Part shown: piece after piece, positions 11,416-26,162 of the stretch
How positions within the stretch are numbered: position 1 is the stretch's first letter
How the letters are laid out: each line of letters starts with the position of its first letter
From: Ancylonema sp.
Lineage: Eukaryota
Reading direction: 5' to 3'
Length of the DNA stretch: 64,000 nucleotides
NCBI GenBank assembly: GCA_050230475.1
Contig: JBFLGF010000133.1
Coordinates: forward strand, 1-64,000
The notes under the pieces: generated by a model
Databases searched by the model: none
The model's input: the letters and a program-made list of their open reading frames with translations, nothing else
What the model was told of the DNA's origin: nothing
Position numbers and translations under genes: made by a program

Positions 11416-14400
11416 AGTTGTCGTGTGTTGTGAAACTAAATATCTGCGCTACTTTATTAACCATACGTTGTTTTTATCAAACCTCCCAACGTGTCTCGTT
11501 AAGTGCATATGAGTCTTTAGTTTGCAGTAACTCTTGTGAAGTCCACTAATAAGTTACATATAATTATAGTTATCCATACTCTATTTCTATCGGTTGAGAC
11601 TAAAGCAACACATCACTCTAAACTGACTATCGGAACGACATCGCTTCATCGAGGTCTTCACATTTGTGGAGGTGAGTAACTTGATTTTTTTTTTTCGATT
11701 CATCACTCACTACGAAGTTGGCTGGGAACTTCGATTTTTGGTACTTGTCGGTTTCATAAATACTTGTCGATATTTTGAGTTTTTGGCAAATGCTATTTTT
11801 ATCGTATTGGTTAAGACTTTTCTTTTAATACGGCATGTTTTGTAGTTTTTTTTTTTGGCCCGGATCGATGACATGTTCATTCGAGTCGATATAATTGGAT
11901 AATCAGATATGCTTCGATATGATTGGCCGATCTAGTTACTCGTCAATAATATTGAGGTCTAGAATGTTCGATGTCTGGCGGCGCTCAGGTCCAGCGGCTG
12001 TATTTTAGTCATGGACTTCCGCGTAGCATTTTACTAAATTATTAGGCTATCAAAGTTCTTGCATTTGTTGTGAGTATACTTTGTGAATGTTGTGCTTGAA
12101 GAATTGTTGATTACAGTATCGATGGCTGAATCAAGTAGTCACACTCACCTTTTTGCAGGTTTTCTACAATAAAGAGCAATTTACAATGCAACCACAGTAC
12201 TGAATTTACAGTTCCACAAAGAAATTACCTCGGCAACATCACCTCGGCTTCATTACGTGGGAAACGATACATAGATGCATGCCGTGGGAGCGAGACGAGT
12301 TTAACATATTAATTTTCACACCTACACCGGCGAGTGAACAACAAACACCTGGTCTACCGGTAGTAGACCTCTATTACTATCACGAGTCAAATCACCTGAA
12401 TCACCAGAATAATTCAACCTACTAGCAAATTTATTCGAAGAACCAGACAAGCACACCATCGATATTTTACTATCCGGACCAATAGTATCCTGTGAGACTT
12501 ACAGAACCAGTTCCAGTAGTAGTGGTCTCAGTGGAAGAATTCATCCATATTCACGAAAATATGTCTGACCAAAAAATACCTATCTACAGTGGAGAAGTAG
12601 GTCATAGACAAGAAGAATTCATCGATGCTTTGAATACCTGGCACGAAACAAAGGTGAAGAGTGAAAGATTGGGCATGCTCAATGGGATACTATGAAATTC
12701 GCAGGACAGTTCACCAAGGATGAAATTCATGATGTCTATATTTTTTTATCACCGAAAATGCAGGCTCACCTACCGAAATCACCCACATAAAATTTTACCA
12801 AGAACATGCAAGTGCAATATTTTTCTGGAAAACTCAAGGTCGACATTTGGCCATACCAAGTGCAAGACCAACGGATACCACGGGAATATCGGAACCAAAA
12901 GAATTGGACAAATCTATTGAGGCAATCATTGCTCGCGTCAGGCAGAATATTGTTGAACATATGAACAAGATTAGTACTTTCAAGGCATTGTCACCAACGG
13001 AATCAGTTTCTTCCCTTTACAGTCGATTCCGAACACCAGCAAAAAATGTGTTGGACAAAAAATCCATGACTATGGAACAAATCATCAGTATTGATTAGTA
13101 TTGGCACACTAAGACAAGATTAGTTCACACCATGCCATGTATCCTACACATGATTATTTGCGTACATTTGTGCAAAATCCTCCGAATTTGTTTCGTTTGG
13201 TGCACACTATTGCAAGAGAACGTCGGGTGATACTGCAAACTACTTAGCACCATTTGAAGGGAGCTCGCCTCTACCACTTCATTGCAACACAATCGATTTC
13301 TCTTCAGCATGGGATCTCTGTTGCACACTTCCGCCAAGGCACGTGACACAACCCAGTCAACGAAATGGCCGTTTTGAATGCTTAAGACGTAATCTATCTA
13401 GAGTGGGGGCTAATGTGATGAAGTTGGTCATGTTGGGGAGGCAAATCTCATTGCAACGTGTTACGAAATGAGCTCCACACACTTATTATGGGGTAGCCCC
13501 ATCAAATTAGCACCAATTGCCCCTATAAATAGCCCCTAGTATCCTCAAAGCAAATCTAATAGCTAGTGAATCGTCCTAATGATAGCCTTACGAGTTCCAT
13601 CAATACGACACGATAGAAATGCCCCTCTAGCTCATTGCCAATCCATATTTTTGTTATGTTTACAATTGAAATTTCACGACATTCACTAAGGTGTCTTGAG
13701 TTTATGCTCTTGCGGAAGCACTTATGATCATAGACACCTACGTTACATTGTAGACGATTGTTTTTCATCCCTAATGGTTTACTTATGATCCGAGTGATGG
13801 GTTCACATGAGGCGATTTTGAGAGGACTAAGTGAAGACTTGGCTCTTACCAAAAGACTGCACATTACGATTCACACCAGCAACTGTTCTTCGACCGAATT
13901 CACCATGTGAACGGTTAACGTTAAAAAGAATTACAATCCACCCATCCCCCGTGGCGTGTGAATCACAACCAAAAAAAAATACAACATCGGGCAATAGAAA
14001 AGATACTCAAATAAAGCCTCGTGCCATTGATAATTAATAAGTAATCTACTTTGCAGGCAACCCAATCTATTCCAAAATACAGCCTGTCTCATCTGATCCG
14101 ACAGAAGTGTTATCTCGCTTAAACAAGTCTAATCGGGTCATGTTACATCGTTTGCGGCTCCACTCGAAATCAGTACCTCCCCCTTTCCTCTTTCCTCACC
14201 ACCGCCGCCTTGCTCTACACCTCTCCTTGCCACGTTACTATTCCGCTCCCTGAGGACCGAACGTGCTACCATTGACCCCCTCACCCACAAATTTGGTGAT
14301 GGCATGGTCATTGAAACCCTCAAAGACATGATTGTGCCACCCTCACCTTTCGACTTGAAGCAAGCCATGGGCTTCGTCACCGGTGATACGGCAGGACCCC

Positions 14401-16022
14401 CTCACGCTCCACGCAACGCCCTCCAACATCGACAGACCCTCGGCCTCGCGTTGGATCGCCACATCTCTCGGTGGCTCAGCGCAATCATCATGGCAACCTA
14501 CACCCTATAGGGACGGCGCCTCACCTCACACATGAGGTACAATCAACTTGACACATTGATGGAGAGGGCCAACTATGTCAACATTTCACCTCAAGGAAAA
14601 ATGAAAATTTAGAATCTACGAGAATTCACAAGTCAATTATCACACACAACCAAAGAAGTACATTAGAACACCATGTGTACCTTTGGCGACTGTCTATCCA
14701 GTTTCGAATGCTATTTGGAGATCACCTAGCATTTCCTCATCATCGTCATCCTCACCCCAACATTCCACAACATCATCTACAACAATTTACCCGAGCATCA
14801 AGCCTGTCATCACTTATACAGAGTCCCTCACAACACCCGTGGCATTATCATCAAGTTCCCACAACAATGATTATGTTTATTTTACGGGTGTTCCAGAATT
14901 TATTTCCGTACCATCTTCATCATCCGGTTCATCAGGATATTTATTTCCCCTTGTTCTTGCACACGAGCTCTTTGCATCATTTCCTGTCAAGAAATCTTCT
15001 AAAATCAATGGTCATCGCTTTTAGAGAGAACAAGCATATCAATACCAACGCTGCAAGGAATCCAGAGAAAGAAACACAATCCCTCACCCTGCAGACAGTT
15101 CCTCCGCGTTCATTGTACTTCCATATTTACCCCCAGGATTACAACACACTGTAGACAAAGTCATAGTTGACACTTACAAGTTCTGTGACAACACCTACAA
15201 TCGGCACAACTCTCTTACCCTGACCCGAAAAAAATATTTGAGGGAACTACAGTTTGGTTTACCTAATGCACCTGGTCGAGTAGGCACAGCTCATGTGCAA
15301 GTACCAATTCCAATGCAATCTTTCCGGTCACCAAACGGTATCCTGCATAACCTGCTGAAATTAATTCACCTCATTTGTCCTTGTGTCCCAGACTCTGACG
15401 CAAAGCTTACATATCTCGGGGGGGGGGAGTGAACCCAAATGAGGACTATATATGTTACAACCTTCATTCTTAGCAGTAGAGTTTCATGCAACCTTCATTG
15501 TGATAGTGTGAAAGATGAAACCTTGTTACAAGTTTTAGAAACAAAAAATATATATAAGTATGAAAGTTTTCCAGATTCTTCAAAAATCCATCGATTTCAA
15601 GTTTTTCAAATTTTCATCGAAAAGTTCGATGTCGACTCAATTCAGCACGTCAACTGTCATGCTGAAAGAGATCGTTAAAAATGAAATTACTTACTAGCAT
15701 ATATTTTGAGCTTTGTCGACTTTCGTCGTTATAAACGATTTTGTTGTTATAAAAAAATTGCAACAACTTACGTGAGATCTGAGTACTTTGCTATATCGAG
15801 TACATCAAGAAAAGTCGGAGAGTCGGAGAGTCGATTTGATAACGTTACCGACAGGCACAAATACAAAAAACTGTCCTATCTAGTCTCGGAGGGAAGAGAG
15901 CAAGGCAGACACGCCTCGCAGCTGCTAGTTGCTAGATGCCAGCTGCTAGATGCTGGTTTTTATTTATTTCTTGTGGACGTGGGGCTGTGAGATGGTGTGC
16001 GGCCTGAAAAATTGATAGGACC

Positions 16023-19000
16023 ATGGGGGCTTTTAAGAAGACGACAGCCTCGCGCGAGCGAATCGTGCGGTTTCTAGCCGTGGGCGTCTCCATAGCTTTG
16101 TTCGTGCTCTTGACTTTGACTTTTATACAACGTGAAAACGTACTCGCCCCTGCGCTTCTTGGATTACCCTCCCCACACTTGGTTATACAGTCTACACCTC
16201 ACAAGGACTTGGTTACAGCGAATACCGATAGCATAACCTCCGCCCTCGAAACTTCAACCCCGAATTTAGCTTCTCAACTCCCAGATTCCGACATCTCCTC
16301 TTCCTTTCACACTCCTCCGCTTGAGGACGCATCCTCCCGCCCCTCATCTCCCACCCCCTCTGACTCCTCTCCTGCCGCCAGCATTTCTTCCACCTCCAAA
16401 GAGGCTGGAGAGCAGGAATGGGCTGACAGCACTTCTTCTTCTTCTTCTTCTCCTTCGTCTTCTCCTTCTTTGGATGCTTCCCCCCCGCGTCCGGGGAGCC
16501 ACGCGTCCGAATCTGATTCGCATTCAGGTTCCACTTCGGATTCTGTATCCGAGTCCGATTCAGCAGCCCCATCCCCTGACACTTCTTCCCCCTCGGATCA
16601 AAACCCCGCATCCGAATCGAATCCCGCACCCGAATCGGATTCCGCACCCGTATCGCCCGACCCTCCACACGCATCTCTCCCGCATCTCCCCCCGATCCGT
16701 GGTCTCAACTTAACCCCACCAGCGGAACTCGAGTTACGAACCGCGGTCAGCTGCCTGTCCAAAGGCGAGTGGGTGCAGAACCCCACCCCCCGCCTCCTGC
16801 CCTGGTTACCCTTCAACCCCGAAGCTGGACCCTGGACCCCGGCGGGGAATTTCTTCATCTGCGATGTAGACCACGAGAAAAAACGTGGGGGCATTTACGG
16901 GAAGAGGGCCGACCGTGTGGCGACCAAGGGGGGGGAGTGGGTGGGGGAGGAGTGGGTGGCCGGGGGAGGGGCGGATGGGAGGGGGTGGAATGTCCGCCCC
17001 TCCCTCAAATGGGAGTGGCGGGTGGAGGGGGAGGGGGACGGGGAGGGGGGGCAGTGTAGGTTCAAACGGTTTCAACGGATGGAGATGTGTCGGTAGGGGG
17101 GAATCTGAACCCTTGATAGGCCTTTAAAGACCAGGGCTGGGGGGGGGGCTGGGGGGGTTGTGAGATGGGTGGGGGAGGTGTGTAGGTGCTTGGAAGGTAT
17201 ATGGAATTGGGGTATGAGCCGTAAAAGAAATGTCTTACGTACGTGTATATTCGTTTGTCGATATACAGGTGCGAGTTAGAACTCCCATGCGACATTGGGT
17301 TTGCGACTACTAAGGGTAATATAATGTATTAAAAATGTATAAAAAATGTATAATGAATAATGTAAAAAATATAATAATGTATAATAAATGTTCAAAAAAG
17401 CATATGAAGAAGTGGTAAGCATAGAGAGAGCAGTGTTCGCGTTGTATGTGCGTTTCGTTTTTTCAGTTGTGGTTGTTGTTGTTGTTTATGTTTTTTTTAT
17501 AAAATTATATATACATAGCTCTGGCTCTGGGTTTTTAAGCTTTGGCGTTTGCTTTCCTTGTATTTTTTTTGATTTTTTTTTTTGTATTTTTTCCTCAGCC
17601 TTCTGGACCGCATCGGCAACGTCCTGCTGGTAGGAGACTCCATTCAGGGCCAGTTGGAGCGCAGCATTTATGACGCACTCGTCGTGGGGGAACCAGGTAC
17701 ACCCACACCCCGATACAACGAAGTGTCTTATATCGAAGTGTCCGTGAATTGCTTAAAAATGGTTTTATTCTACACAGTGATTAACCTTCTAACCTCCCAA
17801 TATCATAAACCACACATGCCATCTCACCTTCCCGCCCAAAAAGACACGCAACTATTTCAAAATTTCCCCACCCTTGCCTCCATCCCGTTGTGGCAGGGAT
17901 ACCAGCATAACCTCTCTAAAGGAATACCGTCGAAAGGAATGACCTTTCTAAAGGAGTCTCATAGAAAAATCCGGTCTCAAAACCGGAATTGTTAGGAACC
18001 GTCTCTGTCAAAAGGAATTTGCATTCCCGGTCCCAACGATAAACCTTTAGACAGGTTTTTGTGTACGCGTTTTTGTTGTAGGGTGACCCCCAACATTCTT
18101 CAAAACCATTCGAGTATTGGTCTAGCACCCCAAATGCAGTTTGAAGACTAGCATTCGTCTCTCAACCTCGGCCCTCAGTTCTTAATTCACCAAGATGGTC
18201 CCCAAGATTGGTATCCAAGATGGTCGGTACGAACTATTGGAGACTTTTTTGCGTTGGCCACAACCCAAGTGTTCTTTTCGGGATTACGTGGTGGTTTACT
18301 ACTCCAGAGCAAAAACCCTAAAACCCCAAAAAAACCTCAAAACCCTAAACACCCTCAAAACCCTAAATAGAGGACATCGACTAGGGGGGTCTTCTTCTGT
18401 GATCTTGAGGCCTATGTGTGAGAAGAAGAAGGAGAACAATCTAGAGGGATGTCCATCATTCTCCCAACATATCTACGTTGCAAAAATCGGAAATATCCAA
18501 TCGATGACAAGGCGTAAAGGCGAGAAGAACAACATTGCATTAGTGACCATGAAAACACATTGTCGTGTCCAGTCTTAAGTTTATTTTATTGTATCAATCC
18601 ACAAACAAACTGTGGTATCCACTCTAACTTTCTTGTTTCGAGAACCTATCCTATTCACCCACAAACAAACTAGTGTCCACTCTAAGTCTCTTATATCGAG
18701 GTTTATTGTACTTACCTACAAAAAAACCCGTTGCAATGTCCTCCAATACTACCCCCCTACCCTCCCCTAAAAAAAAAAAAAACAAAAACCTTATCCTCGT
18801 CCCTTTTCCCGCTTGTTCTTACATGTTTTTTTTTTTTTTTTTTTTTTTTTGGGGGGGGGGGGTTATGGGTTTTGGTTTTTCCTGGGGGAGGGTAGAAAAC
18901 GACCACCCCAAAGAGTGGCCCCCCGACAACTTCACGGCAGAAATAAACGGTGCAAGTGGCACCGTCACCCATCAACCCCCCACCTCTTTTTGCCACACCT

Positions 19001-20275
19001 CCCTCTTACACGAAGAGGAGCGCCCAGAGGAGTTTGGGTGGTTTGGGGGGGGGTGGACACGGTTGGGGAGGGGTTGGGAGGAAAGGAAACCGTGGGGGGA
19101 GGGGGAGAGGAGCAAGGTACGGTTTGTACGCAGTCACCATCTCAAGATTTTGGACCCCCCATCGTTCCTGGAGGTGCCGTGGATGGATAAGATTGGGGAG
19201 TGGGGGATCCAAGTACTGGTTCTAAACACGGGGGCGCATCCGAGGGAGGACGGGGAGCATGAGAGGAACACGAGGAAAGCGTTTGAGGTGTTGAGGGAGA
19301 AGTATCCGGAGTTGGTGGTGGTGTTTAGGGACACGCCGCAAGGTTGGGGGGGGGGGGGGAGAGAGGATGGGAGGGTGGGGGGGGGGGACGGGTGGGTTTT
19401 TTTTTTTTTTTTTTTTTTTGGGGTTTTTTTTCTTGTTTTTTTTTTTTTTTTTTTGGTATTTTTTTGGGTTTTTGGGTTTTTTTGGGGAGGGTGGGAGTTG
19501 AGGTCTGTAGTTGAAGGCATGGATTTGGGAAAGATTGTGAATTCGGATTTGGATACTTGGTTGTGTTTGTGTTACATTTTGATTGGATTGTGTATGAGGG
19601 CATGCAAGGGTTGCTATGCGGATGTTTATCCATCGGGTAGTCACATGATATCGGCTGTCAACTTCGATGATCCACTATCCAAGTCTCGATCCAGGTAGTG
19701 ATAGGATGTAGTAAGTAGTCGGTAGTTGTGAAGTACTAAGTAGCTACTATTAAGTAGAAATAAATTGTAATTATTAAGCAGTAAGTAGCAATTAGTAAGT
19801 AGTAATAGGTAAGTAGTAATGAGTACGAAGTATGTTGATATTAGTAACTAGTATGTAATGAGGGGTGAGTAGTAGGTAATTAACCAAAAAATAGTGAGTA
19901 GTGAGTAGTAAGTGATAGGAAGCTTGTTGTTGACCCGGCCCGACGAAAATAGTCTTCATTGTATAAAGAGTGTACCATTTTCTTGCAGGCCACCCCCAAT
20001 GTTGGAACTTCTCCGAGCCCGCTCCTCCTTACCCAATAACTATGGCCCCCGAAAAGTACCATTGGGATCGTTTCCCACACCAAAATGAGATCTCGAAACA
20101 AATTGTGGACGAGTTCGGAGGCATTTATGTTGACGTGGCAAGCATCACGAAGAACAGACCGGACGGACACGTGGATCAAGGAAAGGATTGTTTACATTAT
20201 TGCCTTCCGGGCCCCATTGACACGTGGACTCAAGTGTTGTTCAATGTTTTTAGTCTTATTTTGCATGATGCCTAG
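16023..20275 (+). CDS. Trichome birefringence-like (TBL/PC-esterase) polysaccharide O-acetyltransferase
   Basis: Exons 16023-17092, 17599-17696, 18896-19342 and 19989-20275. N-terminal TM, Ser/Pro stem, GEWV, LLVGDS, VLVLNTGAH and RPDGH..DCLHYCLPGPIDTW (GDS and DxxH catalytic motifs). Confidence 0.9.
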
Positions 20276-21342
20276 TAGGTGATGACGTGGCGAGAACATG
20301 GGGATATCATATCCCTTTTTTGTTTGTAGAGACATTTACGGGGGGTAAATTATACCATTATGATTCTGTTAGAGTACAGTGATGCAAAGGGGTGATCCAA
20401 TCCCTTGCCCTAAATGTACCTACGCAAGTTAGATGTACATAATTGATTTTGATAAGAGATTGTGTGAAGTTATGCGTAAGTTACTGTTGCATCTAATGTT
20501 GTCTGTAGGAGGCAACATGACCAATTGGAATCCTCTATGGGCATCAGGCTTTGCCAACCGTCTTTTCTTTACCACCAAACATTTAACCTTAATAGACTGT
20601 GAAAACCATGACATAGCATGACATAAACGATAACGAACACAAAGTCGCAACGTTTGTACACGTACACAACGTTTGACCCACTTTATGCTATCTCAGTTAG
20701 CATCTCAGTTAGCCGCCTGATGAATAAGCATGTCTTTTGGCGGTTTGTCGCAATGGTTGTGAAATATGAGTGTTGACATAGGTAACCACCCCCACTGACC
20801 ATGGTATTCCATTGTAACCCACAATGACTAAAGTAACCCATAGTAACCCACAATAACCCACAGTAAGCATATTAACCGTGGCGACCCATGGTAACCATAA
20901 CAACCCATGGTAACCCGTCTTATTTGGGTTTCGTCTAGTTGTTAGAAAAATGAATACTAGTGCGAAGTCACTATTTTGTGCTGAACATGGAACTTCACGT
21001 AATCGATTCATAAAGTTGTACCCCAACTCCATCAGACTAGACGATTTTTCCGCTTTTCAAAGTGTTTTTGAAAACCCAAAAATAGATCCACCCAGACGGT
21101 TGACATCAACCCATGACCACCATTTGGCCATCCATTTCACCCAACAAATGATCATTAATTTAGGTCGAGCTACCCGTCACAGGTTGGTATTGACAGTGGG
21201 TTTGAACTACCTCGTATCCTCGACATTTCATGTTTCTATTTTGATCTTTTTTCCCATCAGAAGTTGTCATGGTTCGATGCCCGTTGAGAGACTACCTCTT
21301 GGGGTGAAACATTCACTTGGGTTGTGCACTCGTGATTATATC

Positions 21343-22219
21343 CATAGCAGCATGGGTACGGGGATACGTCGGATTCGTCCCCATTTGACATATCCCCTAA
21401 AAACCGGATACCTGCCGTACCGTATCCTGCCGTATCCGGCCGTATCCGATACGTCGTACGGATGTACGGACGTATCCGTTTACTGTACGGACGTATCCGA
21501 TTTGAAAAAAAAGAAGGGTTTTTTTTCCCTTCTCATCTTGTGTTTCATTAATCTCGTCCATATTTTTCATATCATGATTCCATGACTCTCATCACAACAG
21601 GGTTGCGACAGGGTTGCACTAGGAAGGGTATCAGGATTGATTAGAGAGGAAGTGAACATTTAATCCGTATGAGTCACATTCCTACTTCGTTCTCCAGCCT
21701 CCCAAGGTGCGCACGTGCAGAGAACGTTATGGAACACAGATCACTAAAGAAAAATGGAGACAGTAGTCGATGGAGCCGCCTCCCTACGGTATCTCCAGCG
21801 AACATTGTCTGCATTTGTCTATAGTGATCGGATATGTGTGGCCAGACGATACACGACAGTTGTTTGAGGTCGGCACCGTCCATCGGTGGAACGATCCCCG
21901 AGATATTCATGCGGCAATTCCTATATATTGACCAGGGATAGTAAATTCTGATGTTCATTCTGTGATTGAAGACAACACATAGATGCTTTTTTCGGTCGTC
22001 TACCATTTGTCACCGGTGAGTCTCGTGTCGGAGGAAAATATGCGTGGATATCAAATTTGAGGGTTTTTTTTAAAGGGGTTTATGCGGATTTTTTGTCTTT
22101 TAAATTTTCGGGTTTTTTTTTTAAAACGCTCTGGCAACCAGAAGTATCCACGTATCCGATACGGATCACGTAGCAGATACAGCGTATCCGGAAATATTTG
22201 ACGCATCCGTGCCGCCATG
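21343..22219. mobile_element. Non-autonomous hAT-type DNA transposon
   Basis: Perfect 8-bp TSD ATTATATC (21335-21342, 22220-22227). Imperfect TIR catagcagcatgggtacg / cgcatccgtgccgccatg (13/18, all transitions). Clustered CGTATCCG subterminal repeats at both ends. Confidence 0.8.
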
Positions 22220-22389
22220 ATTATATCACATCCACACCCTTAGTTGGGGAGTGTGCTCCAAGTGTGATACATCACTATTGTGTCAAGACGGGTAGAACTA
22301 CCACGTGATGTTAAACCCCATGATTCTTTCATGGGCACATCCCCCAACTCATACCACACTTCATTTGGATGTCATTATACCGGGGGTGG

Positions 22390-22391
<2 letters not shown>

Positions 22392-22433
<42 letters not shown>
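22392..22433. repeat. (GT)n microsatellite
   Basis: Read directly. Confidence 0.97.
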
Positions 22434-22436
<3 letters not shown>

Positions 22437-22924
22437 ATAAAACTCTTTCGAAACTTATGAGTATACATGGTTGCAGGACAACACGGATCATTAAAACCGA
22501 GTGTGACTCTTTGAAAAAGTGTGCAGACTCCTCATCAATATACAGTTTTAATCCTTGAGCTCTCCACAAATTCTTCCATAATCCTATTTTATACACTCAA
22601 TCCGTACCTACGTTTGGGTACACCATGTAGCCTATATGACACCCTCGAAAATCATTGCGCTTCACTATTCATTTGCAACACGCTTCTACTAAGCAATGTG
22701 GATTACATCTCGCAAAAATAATAAACATGAGATTTTTGCGATAATGTTTACTTGACATCAACATAGACTCGAATACCGTCTTCCTTACTTACTTCACGTC
22801 ATGAAAACGTTGTGTCCCCTTAACCTATTCCACTCTCCATGCGCACAACAAATGACGCAATGATGACTCCAACATAATAGTGTACCGACAAAAATCAATA
22901 CATCACAAATTAATACATCCGTCC

Positions 22925-25590
22925 TCAATACTGCCCCGTGTTCCACAACCATCCGACGGTTTGCTGCGCTTCCAAGCATCCCAGCTGGGCTGCCATCCTT
23001 AACCTGCACCCACGCACAAGCACCATGGTAACTCATGTACGGATGCACAAAGCACCATGGTTACGGATGTACGGATGCACAGGCACCATGGGTACGGATG
23101 TACGAAACCGAAGTATAGCCTTCAAAAAACAATCAACTACGTTTGACACACATGCACACGCGTTGTGCGCAATCATTGGCTCCAAAAATCTGGGAGAATA
23201 AATATTGGTTGGAAATGGAAACACCCCCCCCACGATGTGGAAGTAGTTGAAATAAAAGTTCCCACTGACAAAATTGGTATTGCACAAAGTCATAACGACG
23301 AAGGTATGCGACAAATAGACCATAAGAGCCCATTTTGACATACGCGAGAGAACAACAAACTACCGCCATTAATTCTTACCACTTGACGGCTTCCGAGTTA
23401 TCCATTCTGTGCGTACCCTCGCCATCCAAGTACATGTAACCGAGCAACAACTGCAACCAATCAACAACCAACCAAACCACCCAACCAATGAGCAAAGAAA
23501 CAAACAAATAAAAAAAACAAACAATAACACAAACAATATCACAAACAATAACACAAACAAACAAACAAACTAACTAACTACCAACCCGTCGTTGCACATC
23601 ACAAACCTACAACTGACACGCTTACCACCACACCCAAACCCGATAATGGCCCACACTCACTCATCCCCAACCCCCTCCCCCACCCCCCCCCCCCCCCCTT
23701 CGCCTCCCCCCCCCCCCCCCCCTCTACGGAACCCACCGCAGCTGCAGCTGTCAATCGGTTATCCGCATTCGGGTTCTTTGCCGCCCTCATGAGCCAAGCC
23801 AATGCCTCCTCCCCATCCCTCGCCACCTCCCCCTCCCCCTTATAGTAAGCGGAACCAACCGCGTACTGACTGCCCTGCAAAACAGCATGGGGGGGGCGGA
23901 TTCCGGGTGTCAATATCTCAGACTAGAATCAGTACTTCGCAATTCTTCCCTCCTCTTACCTGGTGCCCCTTCCTAGCCGCTTTCCTGAACCAGTCTATTG
24001 CTCTCGCCCCCTCCCCCCTCCCCTGCATCTCCTCCCCCACTAGCACCATGGCTATCAGGTTACCCGCCTCCGCTGCCCGACGCAGGACGATGGGGAGACG
24101 GGGGGGGGGATGCGCACCCACGCGCCCGCCCTTGCCCCCGCCCGCGCCCACGCGCCCGGGAGGGAGTTGGCGGGGTGGGAGAGCGGGCATGGTGGGGGGG
24201 GTCTTGAAAATGCGGCGTTGGATGGGGAGGGAGAGGAGGAGGAGCTGGGGGAGGGGGAGGGGGAGGGGGAGAGGGAGGGGGGGGAGGGGGAAAGAGAAAT
24301 GTTGGAGGTGTTGGATATTGGAGGTTTGGGGACAGGGTTGGGTGAGGAAACAAGTACTTTTTTTTTTTTTTCTGATCATTATTTTACCAGGCAGCGTTTC
24401 TGACCTCATCTTGACAGATGGCAGATCGCCATAGGGTGCAGACGGCGGCGCACGTGCTGAGGTGGCAGAAGGTGAGGCGCCAGAAAATGTCTTGAAGCAG
24501 ACTGATGGGCAGGTCGTCGATGGTGCAACGTTCTGCCGGATTAGCGGCAGAAGAGGGGGTGGCAGAAGTGGTTGGGGGTCGCGTGGATGTGGTTGGGGAC
24601 TCGAACCAGAGGCGGGAGAATGGGACCACAGCTGGCGCTGACTCAGCGGTGGTGACGCCACGGACGGATGCTGACGTGGCATTCGAATACAGAACGAGTA
24701 CATCGCCGCGGATAGTGGAGAGGCCAGTGCTGCGCTGCATTCGTTCATTGGTCTGTAAAAAAAAGGGGGGAGGGGGGAAGGGGGTGGCTTATTGGGACAA
24801 GTGGCGGGCACGTGTATCTGGGGAGGTACGGGGAGGTATATGGGGAGGTATATGGGGAGGTATATGGAGTGTACCTGTGCCTCTGTCTGCTCCACCCAGT
24901 ACACTTTTGCGTTCCTTGCCAGCTCAGCAGTGAAGAGGGGGGCGGAGGTGCCGCTGCCGAGGGCGGCTCGGACTGCGGTTGGGAGGTCGGGGGTGGGGAG
25001 CAGGAGGTCGAGATCTTGGATAGGGTCGAGGGGGGAGGCGGGGACGAGGGTGGCGTGGTGGATGGAGGCCTGCAATTTCCGGGAAGCTTCGGAGAGTTAT
25101 GGAGGCGAATTTTGTGCGAGAGGAGTGGGAGGTGTTGGAGTGGATTGTGACGTCATTGGTCGGTTATCCGATATTGCGAACAGAGAATGCGCTTGTGATT
25201 GGAAGGCATTGTGCAGTTGTTCACGTATCGTGTCCATCGCCTGTACTGTGTGGAAGAATAAGCTGGTTTTACGGATACTTCGTCTTGCGTTGATACGATC
25301 GCTCGTTTACTTCTTCCAAAGGGAACTCGTATTTTCTCTTAACCGACTCAACCGAACCAGAAACATGTTTTGCCATTCTCCATAGACCAGCAGGATGAGA
25401 GGTGATGTCAGATCAGTAGCACACGCGAGGTCACAGGAACCCTCACCGAGTAGGAAGGACTCGCTGCGTGCGGATCCACGGGAGCCGAATGTATATGATG
25501 GGTGCACGATCCGGATTCGGGTATTTGCTTGGCGGTATGTACGCGGTGGAGGGGCAAACTACCCACGTGGCAGCAGCATTCAGCCGCCAT
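22925..25590 (-). CDS. F-box protein with C-terminal Sel1-like repeats
   Basis: Exons 25590-25447, 25069-24875 and 24752-24388 (F-box IDDLPISLLQDIF..AAVCTLWRSA), then Sel1 exons near 24250-23960, 23875-23625, 23455-23380 and 23003-22925 (AIDWFRKAARKGH; SQYAVGSAYYKGEG; LGYMYLDGEG..EAVKWLRMAAQLGCLEAQ). Junctions inside the G/C runs are unresolved. Confidence 0.8.
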
Positions 25591-26162
25591 CGCGTTTAGA
25601 GCTGCCGGTCACCGCCACGTGACAGCCAGTGGCATTGACGTACGTTCCGCTGGACACTGCCTTGCCCAGCCTGTCTTCATGTTTTACTGGAGGACGGAAG
25701 GGCGCCGTGGTATGGTGGAAAGACATCGGTTTGTCTTGGGGACCGAGGAGGAGGAAAGGTTGGATCAGCGCCGAACTGTTGGGACCGATGCGGGGGACTG
25801 CCACGTCGCACGTACCTTTTTGTGGGCGCGTGGATCTCGGAAACAGAAAGCAGGTCCCGCAGATGTGTACGGTATTCTAGTTGTATAATCTGTACATAAT
25901 GTACGGATAGATGACAATATCGTACGGCAGTATGTATCCGGTTAGGGTAACCAGCATGGTCACGTGTGCTGTACACCAGGCCCTGGAAGGCCCTGGTCTA
26001 CAGGGTACGGCGGAACGATATTGCCTCGTGTGAAATCCGTGCGGCAATCAGCTGGTGGTCGTCTCTGCGAATCCCCCATCTCTAGGCAATGCACAGATCA
26101 GCCAGCTAGCTTTCACAGCGCCCGCCCACGCTCGCGCGGGAGCGTGCCTTTGCTCAGCTGAT

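Larger units (their letters stand above)
6500..15432. mobile_element. Old degenerate LTR-retroelement remnants that host the younger gypsy element (boundaries approximate)
   Basis: No intact host ORF. About 6600-6990 resembles the reverse complement of about 48970-49320. There is a gag-like fragment (MSDQKIPIYSGE, ~12560), and polypurine tracts followed by TG at 13400-13415 and 15418-15431. Confidence 0.45.

Noticed and set aside
13414..13807. Possible TGTGA...TCACA LTR with a TATA box after a purine tract
   Set aside because: No partner LTR or TSD found, so it is left within the low-confidence remnant region.
21255..21334. tRNA or SINE head (GGTTCGA box-B-like)
   Set aside because: No cloverleaf or convincing A box, and no second copy in the window.
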